A stretch of 63,982 nt of DNA, counting the filler, from Sphacelaria rigidula (taxonomy: Eukaryota), in the NCBI GenBank assembly GCA_964200075.2. It is 3 parts of 3 records of this genome, joined end to end, with 100 filler letters (N's around TTAATTAATTAA, not from the genome) between each part and the next. Parts side by side here need not be neighbours in the genome. Positions count along the whole stretch, not along the records: positions 21,430 to 42,757 come from CAXNAA020000436.1; positions 42,858 to 63,982 come from CAXNAA020000461.1; 1 more part is not named here. The stretch is one strand, 5' to 3'. A program made the position numbers and the translations under genes. Of the stretch, positions 37,427-50,900 are shown piece after piece. Under the pieces are notes generated by a model. It worked only from the letters and a program-made list of their open reading frames with translations. It was not told the DNA's origin and did not search any database. Positions within the stretch are counted from its first letter, which is position 1, and the number at the start of each line of letters is the position of its first letter.

Positions 37427-40400
37427 GTGTACGCGGTGGAAGAAGGCCCGGCGCGACTGGCGGAAGTCGCCGCTTTTCAAGAGCATGACGACATAGTTTC
37501 AAGCGTCGCGGCAACCCGAAGTCACGATGAACTCGTTTTGTCTGGCAGCCATGATCGGAGGTGAGAGTGATGTGTCCTCACCGTACCTCCAGGTGTACTA
37601 ACACCTCCTTTACAGTGACAACACGCAACAGCTTTTCTGCGTTTTTTTTCCTGGCGTGTACATTTGATGCAATGTATTGCCTTTTTTGCCTTCGTTGCAC
37701 GCAGCATCAAGATCTGGAATATTGGAAGCCAAAGAAGCGCCTCACGGGACACCTTCACGGGTATGTATGTCATTTGTGCCCTTGCATTCCGTCGTTTAGT
37801 CTGGGAAATTGGCATACGCAGAGCTTTTGTGTACGAAAAGTCATTGACACGGGGTACACACTCATCCGAGAGCGGCGTTGGTTCCATAGTCGTTCTGCGC
37901 ACCGGTGTTGCGCACGTGACGTTCATTTATTTCGTTACGTTCGTTGCTAATAATGTTATCGCGCGGTGCCTCATGCTCATGCCCGTCTCCCCCGATGCGT
38001 ATATCCTAACGAATCCCCTTGTTTAACGCAGCGTAGTGTCTATGACCAGGGTTGTTGGTAGCGCGTGTTCAGGAAAATGTTGTCACAGTGGACAGAAGGT
38101 CATCACTGATCAGCGAGAATCGTGATGTGCCGCTCCTTCGTTGCCGTGACTACGTCCCACCAGCGCCATCGTTCCCGTATGAGAAGTATTATATGTGTGC
38201 GTTCATGTCTTTTCGATCGGCCGGCAGGACATAGTGGAGGGGTTACAGACGTGGCGTGGAATAGCGGCGACAGTCAGCAGAACGAGTTTGCATCAGTGTC
38301 ACTTGTGAGTTTTTGATCACAACACGTTGCAAAATATGTCCCATGCTGTGTTGCCAGACGGTACACGACGACGTCCAATGTAGTAATGAGTTACGAACGC
38401 GAAGATGTACTGAGAAGGCATCTGGCCAAGTGTTGAACTGTGGGGAATTTTGCCGACTCTTGCGACTGTTGTTTTGCAAATGTTATGGAGCTATGTGACG
38501 CAATATTCAAAGTCCCCCCCAAAACTGGAGAAGATCGCACGGTGCATTTATCCTGGTGCAATCGGTACGGTGCTGTCAAGCTGGAGTATCACGTTTGCTT
38601 TTTACCTGGGGAATCCATGAGAGTTTATCCAGTGCCCTCGACTTTGACGAACCCGCGCACAAGTCTTCACAGCGTCAAATTTGATGAAGTGCCGCAACGA
38701 CCACTGTCACCAGAGCGGTATATTATGGTCAGGGACCTTATGGTACATGAAAGCGGATCGGACCAAATTAGAAGCATAACACAGCTTTGGATTTTTTCGT
38801 CTTGTTTCATTTATGTTTCTTCTTGGTACCTGTCCCATGATCCAAGGTTGTACAATACAGGTGAGCAATAAACTTCGCTGCTCGAAGAACGCCTATGTGA
38901 GTACTCTTATCTCTTCCGTCATACTTCTTCTATCATATTTCTCTATCATACTTCTACCTGCCCCCTTTTGCATGAATCTGTAGTCTCGAGCATTGTATCA
39001 CCGCTGCCGCAGCCCGTCTACCTTGATTTGAACTTTCATTGTGCTACTCACGTCCTGACGCTCTCGATGGCAGAAACGACAAGCATATATCTCTTGGGAT
39101 TCGAATCCACGAAGTCTGTCAAAGATGATCGTTGGTGTAACATTTTGACTGCCGTGGTGCGGCAAGGTCATTTGTAGAGTGGAAAATGTGATATGTACGG
39201 GGTGGGGTGTTGCACCTTACAATTTGACACAGACACCACGTCACTTTTTCTGTTGAAGTAACAGAAAACGTGAAGCACTTTTCGAGAACGCGGTGTAAGA
39301 TGGTGTTGCACCAAAGGTCCCAGTTCCACTGGTTATCTGTGCCTTTGTACCACCTGTACGGCGGGCTTACGTACAACAACTCGTTACGCCCGAATCTCCG
39401 GCTGCCTTCATTGCAGGAATCCAGCTCGACTGCCCTCGCTACTGCACCAATCTGTACCGCCTGGTGATCTGTTTTTTGTGGACGGAGAGGACATATTCAG
39501 GTTGTTCACAAAATACTCCAAAACCCTTGTACCAGAGATAGCTTTGCGATCAGGCAGACCAGATTTTTTGTTCGTTGCTTTCAAAATATTCTTGAGAGCT
39601 GGGAAAAAAACACGAGGCAAGTAGTATGTAAAATACAATGGTTCGGCTGAAGGTGGGGTGTTACCTATCGTATGGCGGGATGCATGAGTGGCATCTACCA
39701 TCTACAAATTCAGACGGATGTCTTACGCCTGACAAGTATGGCAGTTAGTTGCGTAACATATTGAAACTTCAAGCATGGGGGTGCACGGTACTGATGACAA
39801 AAACACTTTGTCCACGTTGGTCAAACCGACCAATTTCCTCAAGTGTTCATATTTATGGTAAATATTTCAGGGGGAAAACTCTGCTGTTGTTCCTTTTGCA
39901 AAACCCAACTGTTTTGAGGTGCACTTTTTTAACACTTCCCGAACCGTGGCTGGGGGCAATTTAATTAACTAGCAATTACCCTCAGCTGTACAAGGACCTT
40001 CTCTTGGGGCAGACGGAAATGCCTCTCATCTTCGGATCTCGGGTTTCCCTGTCATTCTCTAAACGACTTTCTCCTCACACCCACCCATGGTGCAGGAATA
40101 TTTTGTTCAAGCTTTTACCTTCGCGTAGCGCAGTAGCCTCCCTGAATCAAGTTTACACAACTGCCGCGAGGTGGAGTTTCACCTAAGGAGCGCGAATCAT
40201 CGAACTCAAACCTTTGTATTTTTTATATTTAGTCTACACTATTGCAACACTAGAACTATTGATTTAGTCGTGTTTAACTTTCATCCGATCAGTATTTGCT
40301 GTACTTGAGCTTGGTCTACAAAAGCGTAGTTAGAAAATGACTCACGATAACGAAGGCGACCAGTAGTCACTTACGTTCCAATTAGCTGCAGTTTACTGTG

Positions 40401-41594
40401 GTATAGCGGTAGCGTTTTATGGCCTTTCGGTCACATACCATTTCCTCCAGCGATTAGTCTGTGGTAGGATACTGCCACGCACGCAATGGGAAGTTATTTT
40501 GTGCTTTGCTCCCGCTTCCTGTTGTATACGTATTTTTCATCGCCATTTCCCTGCCGCTGCTCCAGCTTACTTCCAGCTCACTTCCAGCTTACTTCCAACT
40601 TACTTCGGAACTCTCGTCTGAATGTATCAGTCCACCCGACTCCACTCACATCGCCGCCGTCGCACAGGACTGCAGTGTGCGGTTATGGGATGCGAGGCAT
40701 ACACAAAAATGTTGCGCGTGTCTTTGGCTAGGTATGCCTGCACTGGCACTTTCGTGGGAGCCCTCTTCCCAGCCCTTGCTTGCTGTGGGTGAGTTGATAA
40801 AAATGTTGCGTAAAGTGTGCTCTTGGCTGGTGTGCCTTTTCGTGGGTGCATACAAACGCTGTCAGTGGTGTGGTCAACCAGGCCCCCACCGGCATGCCGC
40901 AAGATACTGAGCGTTTCACGTACTTGAGGATTTCCAACATGGCACAACGTAAGTTCTTCGTCTGCCCCGTTCCAAAACATTTGCAATAAATAATTCGACG
41001 GTCTCTACCAAATCTTGAGGTAACTATTATAGCGCCCCCGTGGCGGCGGACTAGCTCTGATCTTCGTATCTAACGGCAAATAATTTTTGCTTGCTGTGAT
41101 TTCTGACAGTGTTATGTCTCTGTGTAGTGTCTATGATATTGTCGATGTACGGCTCATTGGATAGTGCAGGGATTTATTTAGCAAAATGGAGGTCGACCAA
41201 ACATGGTCCATGATGCTGTCAACTATCTATCAAGCACAGTACACGCACGGTTCGAAGAGAAAGAAGTTGCTCATGACCGGCTCTGTGTGGAAACCTAGTT
41301 CGATAAGTCATGTTGGACACTTTCATTGCAGAAATGGACAAAACTCTGTCTAGGCGGGTGTTCCATACTCTCGAATCTTGGATCAAATTGTTGTCTGCTG
41401 TGTTTCCACGCCGGAGTTGGCCTTCATGTGAAAAATTATCGAAGCGCTTGTGCACTTGGGCCTTTGCTATTGCTGTGTGCACCCTTCTTCCCTTGCTTTG
41501 GTTGGTCTGATCAATTGTTGCCTTGTCAGGTTGTGAAGACGGAACGGTGACCATACTGGACAAGCGCCGTATGTCTGGACCAGTGTCAGCTCAG
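37427..41594 (+). CDS. WDR77: WD40-repeat protein similar to methylosome protein 50 (MEP50). Internal exons 37427-37560, 37705-37760, 38228-38304, 40668-40788, 41530-41594
   Basis: All five exons are AG/GT-bounded with matching phases. Spliced peptide ...FQEHDDIVSSV...LSGSHDRSIKIWN...GHSGGVTDVAW...FASVSLDCSVRLWDAR...ALSWEP...LLAVGCEDGTVTILDKR follows the MEP50 pattern EHDDIVS...SGSKD..IKVW...LLWDTR...SLAWHP...GDENGTV. WD40 is near certain, orthology is likely. 5' and 3' exons were not located. Confidence 0.8.
40560..40606 (+). repeat. 11 bp tandem repeat (TTCCAGCTTAC) x4 in an intron
   Basis: Seen directly. Confidence 0.8.
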
Positions 41595-42757
41595 GTGAAA
41601 AAGCGCGTATAGTGTTGGCGAAGTATGTCGGGTTGTATTCTGAGTGTTTCACCGAGGTCATGTACCGGAATGAAACCCAGCGAGTCCGCTTGTTGATAGT
41701 GTGTCATGAAGTGAAATTATGTGATATCCAATCCGCCACATGGCTCGTGCACCCGCCCCACCTTTTAGAACCTTGTTTTTTTCACGTACATTTATGAGGA
41801 CGAATTTCTAGTTGTCCAATGTTTTTCACTGAGCATTTGCATCATGACTATCAGTACTATCAGTACTAACAGCACTCACTCCTGCAGCCCGTCGATTTTC
41901 ATCGATGTTTGTTGTTATCGTTGTTGTTTCTCCACTCACGTACTCTCCACTCACGTACTCACGTTCCTCGCTTTTCGGACGACGGAAACCAAAAAAAAAA
42001 TGTGTCTGGATTAGAAACCGCGAAGTCCGCCCATGCGGTATAGTGTTGATACTTCAGTGTTTCAGTTTAACCTCGAATCTTGTGCTGCAATTTGCAATTT
42101 ACTTAGTTCCTGGGTGTCCTGCGAGGAGAAAATTAGTCAGTGGTTTCCAAGGTTTGCGCTGGGACTGCATGTTGTGCTGTACTGTAGTTTACACCGCGCC
42201 CACCCGTTCGAAACCGTACACTTCAACACAGATGAACATTAGCTGACAGTTTTGGATATGAGGATGGTTAATATTCTGCTGTTTTTTATCAAACATTTAC
42301 ACCGAAAGAGTACAGGATTCTCAGCCCCGTGCACACACGGAAGAGCTGGGAACAACAGTACACATGGTCGTTATTTTTGTTGTTCCTTGTACACACGTAT
42401 CAGCATGGCAGTACAGTTGCATGGATAGCGTTAGTGCTTGTGCAGACAATGAAGTATTTTCCCTCATGTACACGTGGCCACATGCATCAGTGCCCAGCAG
42501 TAGGCAGCGTTGTACACCCTGTCATTGTAATGTGGCGACTGTCGCCCCTCGGTGGACAAACGGGTATAGTGCATCGTAGGTCAGTTTGGGCGGAATATTG
42601 CGTTCGAATCTCCACAGCTGCGAGATGGCCCAAGTGAACTCATCACTCGGAAGAACACTGACTCTTTTCAAGGACTGTTTTCAAGGTACCAATACGAGCT
42701 GGGCCAGCCCAGAGGCGGATTTGACGTTTGCAGGCCCATGCTCTTTTATACATTTAG

Positions 42758-42857
42758 NNNNNNNNNNNNNNNNNNNNNNNNNNNNNNNNNNNNNNNNNNN
42801 NTTAATTAATTAANNNNNNNNNNNNNNNNNNNNNNNNNNNNNNNNNNNNNNNNNNNN
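42758..42857. other. Artificial contig linker
   Basis: N44-TTAATTAATTAA-N44. Confidence 0.97.
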
Positions 42858-43313
42858 CGGTTAACTCCTGCTGCGGAGGTTTGGGAAGGAAGATACTTTC
42901 GCTCTGTGTTACTCTTTCGTATCTTCCCTGCAATGGAGAAATGGGACTTCAACCTCATTTTTGTTTCAACCCCAAAATTTGAAATCGGCTGTTCAATTAC
43001 TCAGTCATTGCTGATCGATTTGTGGCGGTGTCCAATTCACTACGGGTCTAGGAATTGGCTCACCCTGGTATGGCGGAGCGGATCTGAACTCCCTGTGAAC
43101 TCCTGAGTTTTTGTTGCCGAGCGCATGATGGATGAGTGGCGTACGAACAAAAACGAGGATTATTTTCTCAGTTGCTTATAGTAGTTTACACTGTAAGACA
43201 GCTAGGCGTTCTTCGTAAAAACATCCACCGCGTTTATTCACTATAACATCCCCTTACGCTTGATGTACGCGTGTGGTTTGTCTCTTCTCGCCACTTTTGG
43301 AGCACTGTCAGGG

Positions 43314-43406
43314 GGCACTGCTGTGTACCTACCTCTTTTGCGGGGCATGGCTACGCGGGGAGGCACTGCTGTTTTCCTACCTCTTTTGCGGGGCATGACT
43401 ACGCGG
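43314..43406 (+). repeat. 48 bp tandem duplication
   Basis: GGCACTGCTGT..CCTACCTCTTTTGCGGGGCATG.CTACGCGG occurs twice. Confidence 0.85.
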
Positions 43407-44461
43407 CACGCTGTGGTCTGGAGACCCCCACTTTAGTTGGGCATATCTCAAGCGCATTTTCAAATTTTGAAAAACGGTTTCGAGAGCTCCCTCGGTCACA
43501 TTCCAAGGTTTTCATCGATATATCGTGTGCGTGTTTGTTTAGGGATGTGGGGACGGCGTTTCTCCCCCCGTATCAAAACAGTACTGTCATTATTAGCATG
43601 GCCTCTTGCATGCTGTACGATACGCCTGAGGACAAAACCACCGTCGTTGGAGAGCCACAGATGCCAGCTTTCGTACGGTGTATCCAATGCATGCCACTAC
43701 ACATGTCATCCCGTTGGTTTTGTCTGAAAACTTCAGGTGAAAATATCGCGTAGACGGGTAGGACTAAAATCATCATTCGCACATTTTTTCTCGAACTTTT
43801 GTCTTCGCGCGTTTTTGTTCCTACTAACAATGTTCCTCCGTAATAATGCACCGCGGTACAATCCCCAAAAACGACGTTTGAACGTACCGTATGAGATTCA
43901 CGAAACGTCAATGACGTCAGAGCCGGGTGTCCTCAGAATACTGAGGATCGTAGCTATTCAATGATATGCCATTTGCGAAACCAATCAAAAGCTGCGCACG
44001 TGGCAAATGAATCAGAAAGAGCACCGGAAGAGCGGGTGTCCGCAGTTACCATTCTTCGGCAGTCAGACGTCCACGTGATTGTTGACGTTGTTCAGGATGG
44101 ATGGTCATATGTTCACATTGAACGTTCATATGAGTAGCGTCGACATTCATATGAACATGCGCAAAATTGGAGTCCCCCTAAAAGCCATTCCTTGCTGCCC
44201 GCACGAATTGCATCAAGTAAACGCCGAAGCTCGACGCCAACTTCAGCGTCACACGTCCACACGGAAGTTGCAGGCCGCACTGCGGAAATGCCAAGCACCA
44301 GCACCACGGTTGAGAAGGACTGAGTTGTGTAGACAGCACAGTACACTATTTGCACCACTCTCTTCCCTGTCAGGGTACTTTTTGTCAAGGCGGAAAGTGC
44401 TTCCAACCCCGCACGACGTATATATATATATATTATATACGGTAATTACTCCAGGGTGCAT

Positions 44462-44803
44462 TGTGTTGTCGTCCCCTCTATTCTGGACACTAGTCTACAC
44501 CTTTCGGTATATGTGGGCGCACCAGCCGGGGTCACACAGGAGGAAGGTCAAGAGAGGAGCTTTTTCCTTTTTATTTGTTTTTCTACCCCACCCTCCTTCT
44601 GCGGTGCTTGCCCTTTTATTTGATCGCGAGAGGGGTCCAGCAGTCCTTTCCCTCCTCGAGTCGAATTTTTGTGTACCCACGACATAGTCGCTCTCCACTG
44701 TTGGGCATGGTGTGAGAAAAAAAAACTGATCGCTCCAAAACTTGAACCCACGCCCAACCGTCAGAAGGTTTCGAGGTTACCAACTGAGCCACCGGGGCGA
44801 CCG
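44462..44803 (-). mobile_element. tRNA-derived SINE, copy 3
   Basis: A box GGTGGCTCAGTTGG, degenerate B box GGTTCAAG, homologous body. Confidence 0.9.
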
Positions 44804-44900
44804 TGGTCATTGCGTTCCTGTCAATCCCGGTTCCTACCAGGTGTAAAGGATCTCCGTCTATGTCAGCTTATACCTGCGATCTGGGTGTTACACATGATCA

Positions 44901-47900
44901 TCACGTTACCACTATCACCGGGATCGGATGGCAACGCGCGCCAGCCTGAAGGAGACGCCTTCTTGACAAGACTGAAATTCGCGGGTTGCCTGAAACACTC
45001 AACCAACGAACCGTGAATGTAGCCGCACTACTGCTGTTATTCCTGCCGTCGTCGGTCACTCCATTGTGCAGCAAGTCTCGCTGCAGGGCGTCGCAGCCAG
45101 CGTCCCCGATTCGGTTGCCCGCTAAGCTCAAGCTCTCCGGTACGAAGATGGAACTGACGATCTGTGTACCGCGTGTTGTGTCGCTCTTCATCCTACCCCC
45201 GCTTCCCACCTTTACCTTCCTGGCGGCGATGATGGCGGCGGCGCGCACCGCGCCTGCGATGGCGATGGCACCGTTGTCGCCAATGTTATTGTATCGAAGA
45301 TCGACATGTCTTATGGTCGCCAGAGCGGGGGCAAGGAGCATCACGGATTCGTCTCCCAGTCGCTTCCCGGCTAAATTGAGGTGAAGCAACACTCCACGCC
45401 TGTTCAGTCAGCATGCTCGGATGTTATGCAGTTGATACTGTCAGCTGAAGGGTACCATTCTCAGTTTGTATCGACACATATTTGGCTGAGTACGTCGCCG
45501 GCATGGCTAGTAAAACTACATATCGTCAACGCCGGGAATTTCCCCAATACTGGGTGTTACGACGGTATGGACTCGTGCTTGCGTACCAGGTGTTGGTGTG
45601 GCCGTCGATTACGACCTCGTGACTGCACTGAACAAGTGCTAATTTGAAGTTCGGCAGTTTACCAAAAACACCATGTACTGCATATACAGTATCGCTACAA
45701 GCTGGGCCGGCCAAAAAGCCAACAATCCTTCAGTCGGGTCTAGCTCTACGGCTGTCACGAGTTTGGGCTTCGAATTTGGAGGCTGATTTCATCAGGCAAT
45801 ACAGGAATGATAGGCGCCGGGAAAAAAAATGCTTTGCACTGATGTAGGGAAATTGTGGCAAATTGGCGGCGCGGTGGAGAGTTGTCCAACTGTAAAATCG
45901 ACTGAAAGAAAGTATCCCCGATCAAGCTAAAATTTGGTGTGTGCGTGCGTGATGGCATTGGGATAAGATGCATGGTAGTTGTGAGGCTCAATTCGTCTTG
46001 TACCAAGAGTTATGGCCTCGTACATATTCCAGTCAATACACCAGTCAACGGAGGAAATGCAGGAATATCGCCGCGCGCCACTCATTTCTTCGAGGTGGGA
46101 CCTCAAATTTCGAGACGTGATTTTGAAGCAACTCCTCGATACAACCACGAAAGATCACAAAATAAATAAATATTTTTTGGCCGTCTTCACTGCGATTATC
46201 GATCCGCTCCAACCTTTTCGATGGTCAAATGTCGGAATAAAAAACAAAAAAACCGTTGTGATCTTTCGTAGTCATTTAGATGAGTTCCTTCCGAAACATG
46301 TCTCAAAATTTGAGGTTCCAACTCGAAAAAACGAGTGGCGCGCGGTGATATTGCCGATTGACGAGCTTCTTGGCCGGCCCAGCTTGTACGTACACAGCAC
46401 CACTCGTTTGCAGCGTCAGCACGTAGAGGCGCAACAGGGAGACGTTTATTTTGTTCAACTCATGAAAAACTTTGTCTCCTCTATAACACTGTGGTGTCCT
46501 CTACACTTGTCGATCCCCGAGTCAGGGATAATTTCATGCCGAGGTGGTTTCCTGCCACGGTGCAGGCGCCAACGCTGCATAACGCTATTTCTCACCTTTC
46601 GTGGACTACTACGGAAATGGCTGAAGCTTGCGGCGCTCCCATCGGTCCGCAGTACTTGAACTCGTGATGCGAACAAATCGCCGGAAAGGTGGGTGCCAAC
46701 ACGCGCGTACCATCGGCAGCGACTATGGTCGAGGTTAGCAGCGCAATCAAGACATCTACAACGACCGCTCCGCCGGGTGTCTGCCGGCAAAGAGCGAGGA
46801 CGTCGGGATCAAGCGCTGTCAACGTGGGACGACGATCTCGCGATGATGTCGGTGATGTTGGGGCTGTACGCGAGGCGAGTGCAGCTGCTTCTGCCGGAGG
46901 CATGTCTGCTGCTGCTGCTGCGGCGGCGGTGGCGGCGGCGGTGACTGCCTTGGCCGCAACGTTGCCAGTAGCGTCAAGTGAGGTAATCAAGGCCTTGATT
47001 GCTATGGCGGGGCCATCGCTGCTTGATACAGCCGAACCAGCGGAGGTCGCCGCATTGTTCTCTTGTGGTTTGTCCCCGTTGACACTCGAGACATCGTCGT
47101 CCGGATGCAATGATTCTGGTTCACATTTGACGATGGAAGGGTGCAATTGATTCACTGGTGCGTGGCCCTCGTCGGCGCAAAAATCGTTTTTGCCTCTCTT
47201 TTCAAGGCCATCTCCCGCTTTCGAAGGTATGGAATCGCTAACCTCGTTTTGAACGCAAGACTCCTGCTGCCGTTTCGTGTCGGCCCGCAAGTGTTCATTC
47301 TGTGACATATCGCCAACAGACACCAAGCCTGTTTTGATATTACGGGTTACTGCCATTGCGTGACTCGTCGGTTGATGGGTTCTCGGCGGCGGCGGCCCGG
47401 AAGTAGGCCTACCAATCGCCCACGCCGCGGCGGTGATCGGCATCGCCATCTTGGCTCTCTCACGACTCTTCATCTTCCGCTGCAGCCGTCCGATCGGCGT
47501 CTCGCGCGGATTCGACTTACCGGCAGCGAGAAACATCGTGGCTCGTGCGTTCGCTATCCGAGACGAACGGTCGAATCTGGGCGTGGCGCAATCGCAGACG
47601 TGTTGTACGGGATGCGCGTGACGAAGAGCAGTTCGGGTCTGCCATACGTATCCCTCATTCACTTCTAGTGAGCGGTGCCCTGTTGCTTTGGGGGTTATGA
47701 GACAGCCGGGGCGTGCAGGCTTCACATTCTTGTCTTCCCCTGTGATGAACGATGGTATGCGTGTTAGTGTGGTAAGCCCCATCAACCAAGTAATCCTTAG
47801 CTGAAGAGATGACAGCGGGTGGATCAGTTGCTCACAATGCCGCAGGCGACACCCCCGCTGACATTCTGCCAGCACTGTGCAGTGCGACGTTCTCTTTTCC

Positions 47901-50900
47901 CAGGAAGTGTTTGAAATATTATTTCGCAAAAACAGTCGTTCGGGAAACTCAATACATGACGGATACATGAGGACACGTGGGCTCGAAGTGACTGCTCTGC
48001 GACCAGAGTGCCAACCCTTTGATCATGAAGAGTTTGGCACCTCAAAGTGCAGGAGTAATCGTACACAATAATCAACACGCGAAGTGGTGCATTGGCATGC
48101 ATAGGCTCGGACGGATTGTTCTTCGGTCTAGCGGACTCCCATGGTCGAGGTTCGACATTTGCTGAGTAGTCCATAACACTTTCCGGCTCCCGGATGCGGA
48201 TAAAAAAATCTCTCTAGTTCTTCAATATCGAACTCCCAGCAGTGTAAGAACTTCATACCAAGCACAGCAACCAATGAAGACAACGATCTTCTCTCCATAC
48301 CTCGATGCCCGTCTTCCACTTATGCCTCCGCCCCAAATAGATGACGACATGCGCGACTTCGGAGATATACCGGGGCTTCGTGATACCATACCGCCGCCGC
48401 GGCCGTCCCGCGATGGAGACGTTGCTATAGGCGATCGCGGACGTACAGCAGTAGCGCTGTCGAGAAGGCTTCTGGGATCTGCACCGCTGGCGTTTCCCAG
48501 AGTAGGATCATGCCGGCTGCTGATCTCCGCCGTTGCAGATTTAGGTCCTCGTAGCTGCTGCTTCGACTGCTCTTTGATTTGTTGTGGTGAAGGGTTCCGG
48601 CCTTCTTCGACACGGCTTGAGTCTTCCCGGAACGTCAGTGATCTCCATTTTCCATGCAATTTGTGACAGGGTAATGAGCGAGCAAGGTTTTTCAACGGCA
48701 TAGCGCAAGTTGGAGACCTATGTTCCTGCCGATGAGCACACTTATGGCTTTGCCGTCTACAAGTATCGACCTGGGGGATCGGATTTCAATCGCCTTCTCC
48801 GTGATCTACCGGCCAATTTACTTCAACATGTACATCGGAACACTGTCAGGAAGGCCCTGCCAGCCGCGAGCGCAATCTTCCCCCCCGTCTAATGTCAAAC
48901 GTGCCACAGCCTGATGGCGGCCGTATGAAGACGCTTGTCACGCGCTGTATTGAGAAGATGCGGGCATATTGTCCACATCGTCGCATCTGAAGATGGAAGG
49001 TTTCGCGCGAACCTCCAGTAACCATTGTCGACGATTGGTCAGATACCATGGGGGGAAATGGGAATGTCCAGGCAACAATTTAATTCCTTGAAAGCTACGT
49101 AGTGTTCTCCAGTCTGTACTGCAAAGAAGTTCCGGCAAGAGGGTGGCCGGCAGAGATACAACACTAAAATAGGCTGGCAGTCAGTCGCTGAGTTTATTTT
49201 GTGATACCGCTCCAAAATAATACGGTGAGCTCTGGGAGGCGGGGGGTTACTCATGATCTTGCATGCCATAGTCACATTAATTATTTACCCTCACATCCCT
49301 ACAAAGCCGAGACGGAGAACGCCGGAGTTTTGCCGGGCCAGGCTCGCAACCAATCACCAAGCGCGAAGCGCCGTGATGTGTTCGGCGGGTCTCATGAAGG
49401 GTGAGCTGCATCCTGGTAAGCTTTGGGGGGGTGATGATACCCTCTAAGCTCCGCCCCAACCCCACTTTCCGGCCAGTCCTCTTCGCATTTTCATTTTCTC
49501 ACCTTGGACGTGCCTGCAGCTCCGTTCGTCTGGATGGGGACACCGGAGTACTCGGAGCCGGAGCGCGCGCCGGAAGAACGTTCCGTCGCATGGCGCCACG
49601 CTGGGCCGAAAAACGATTCCGCCGAAGCTCCCGGCAAATATGAGAGACCCACCGACCACCCACGCCGCCACGGGTTCGCAACGCTACACGTCTCTCTAGC
49701 TTGAGAGTCTCTTCGCTCGCGAGAACCCTGCCATGCTCGAGAAGGATAGCCGCTTCTTCCTCAAAGCCGGAGGTACGCGAGGCGTGGAGCTCGTCGAGAA
49801 GACGCTGTTTCGCGAGCACGCGTGCTCTTTGTTCCGTAGCCAACAGCCTGTTGTAGGTGGCACAGGAGCGAGAGGGGAGGATGGATGTTACGACTGTCGT
49901 CGCGAACTATCGCATCGCGTTCAGGTTGATGTCTTTCATGTAACATTCAGTTCGAGTGTCCGAGGAAGTAAAGTTTTGTAGTTCCATCGTTTCTTTGTCC
50001 GCACTATTGTCTGACTGTGTGAACTGCATGTATGGGCATCGAACGCACATTGCGCCAAAGTGCATCCGGGGATCCGTACTTTGTCGTAAGTTAGTCGTTG
50101 AAACGACAGTTCCCGGGTGGCACTGCGATGTAACTCAAAGGCGATACTGATGTCTCGCGTGTCTTCAACTAACCGCCGTTGCTTTGCAAATGCTTGGTCG
50201 CCCTTAACCCTTTGACCGCGAGGGTAGGTCACATGCCGAATCGGCATCAACATTCACTTGACAAAAGAATATGCATGCTCCAGATGGACTGCCCTCGCGG
50301 CCTAAGGGTTAATTAACTCAGCACACCTTTTCATGGCTTCATCTTCCAGTCGCATACTCTCCGTTTCATACTCTCGCTCCTGCTCGTTCTTCAAACTCGT
50401 AATATCCTTGCCGTACAGCGTGCGTGCAAGGACTTCCGCTGTATCGCCAGCCTCGTTCGCAATACTCCAGTTCGGCCGAAGAGATAACACCGCCTTTACT
50501 GCGCGGTGACGCTTCCATTTGATCGCGATGTGGAGGGCCGTATCACCGAAGTGCTCGTGCATCCATTCTGTCCATGCGTAACCTCCGTAGTCTACTTCGA
50601 CCTGAGATAAAGTGCGGTGTACCATATGTAATGAAAAGGAGAAATGATGTCTGTCTTCTTGAGGCCCCCACGGCACAGCATGCAGGCATCTCAGCAAATA
50701 TCCTACTGCTTTGCCAGCACATTTTTTCGAGGTAGACAGATGTGGATATCATGATGACGCACACTTCGACGAACGTATGGGAAGCGAAGCACCCACGAAT
50801 TCAGCTGTTGAAACGCATCGGTTCGCGATCACAGGAGTCCGGAATAATGCAGAGCAAGATCGTTCGGCTACTGCATAGATATCCGTACGATATATAACCA

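Noticed and set aside
39417..39462. Possible extra AG/GT exon in the WD40 gene
   Set aside because: The WD repeat SVSL|DCSVRLWD is already continuous without it, and its phase does not fit.
46012..46659. 215 aa plus-strand ORF
   Set aside because: It runs through a MITE and lies antisense to an intron and exon of the LRR gene. No domain.
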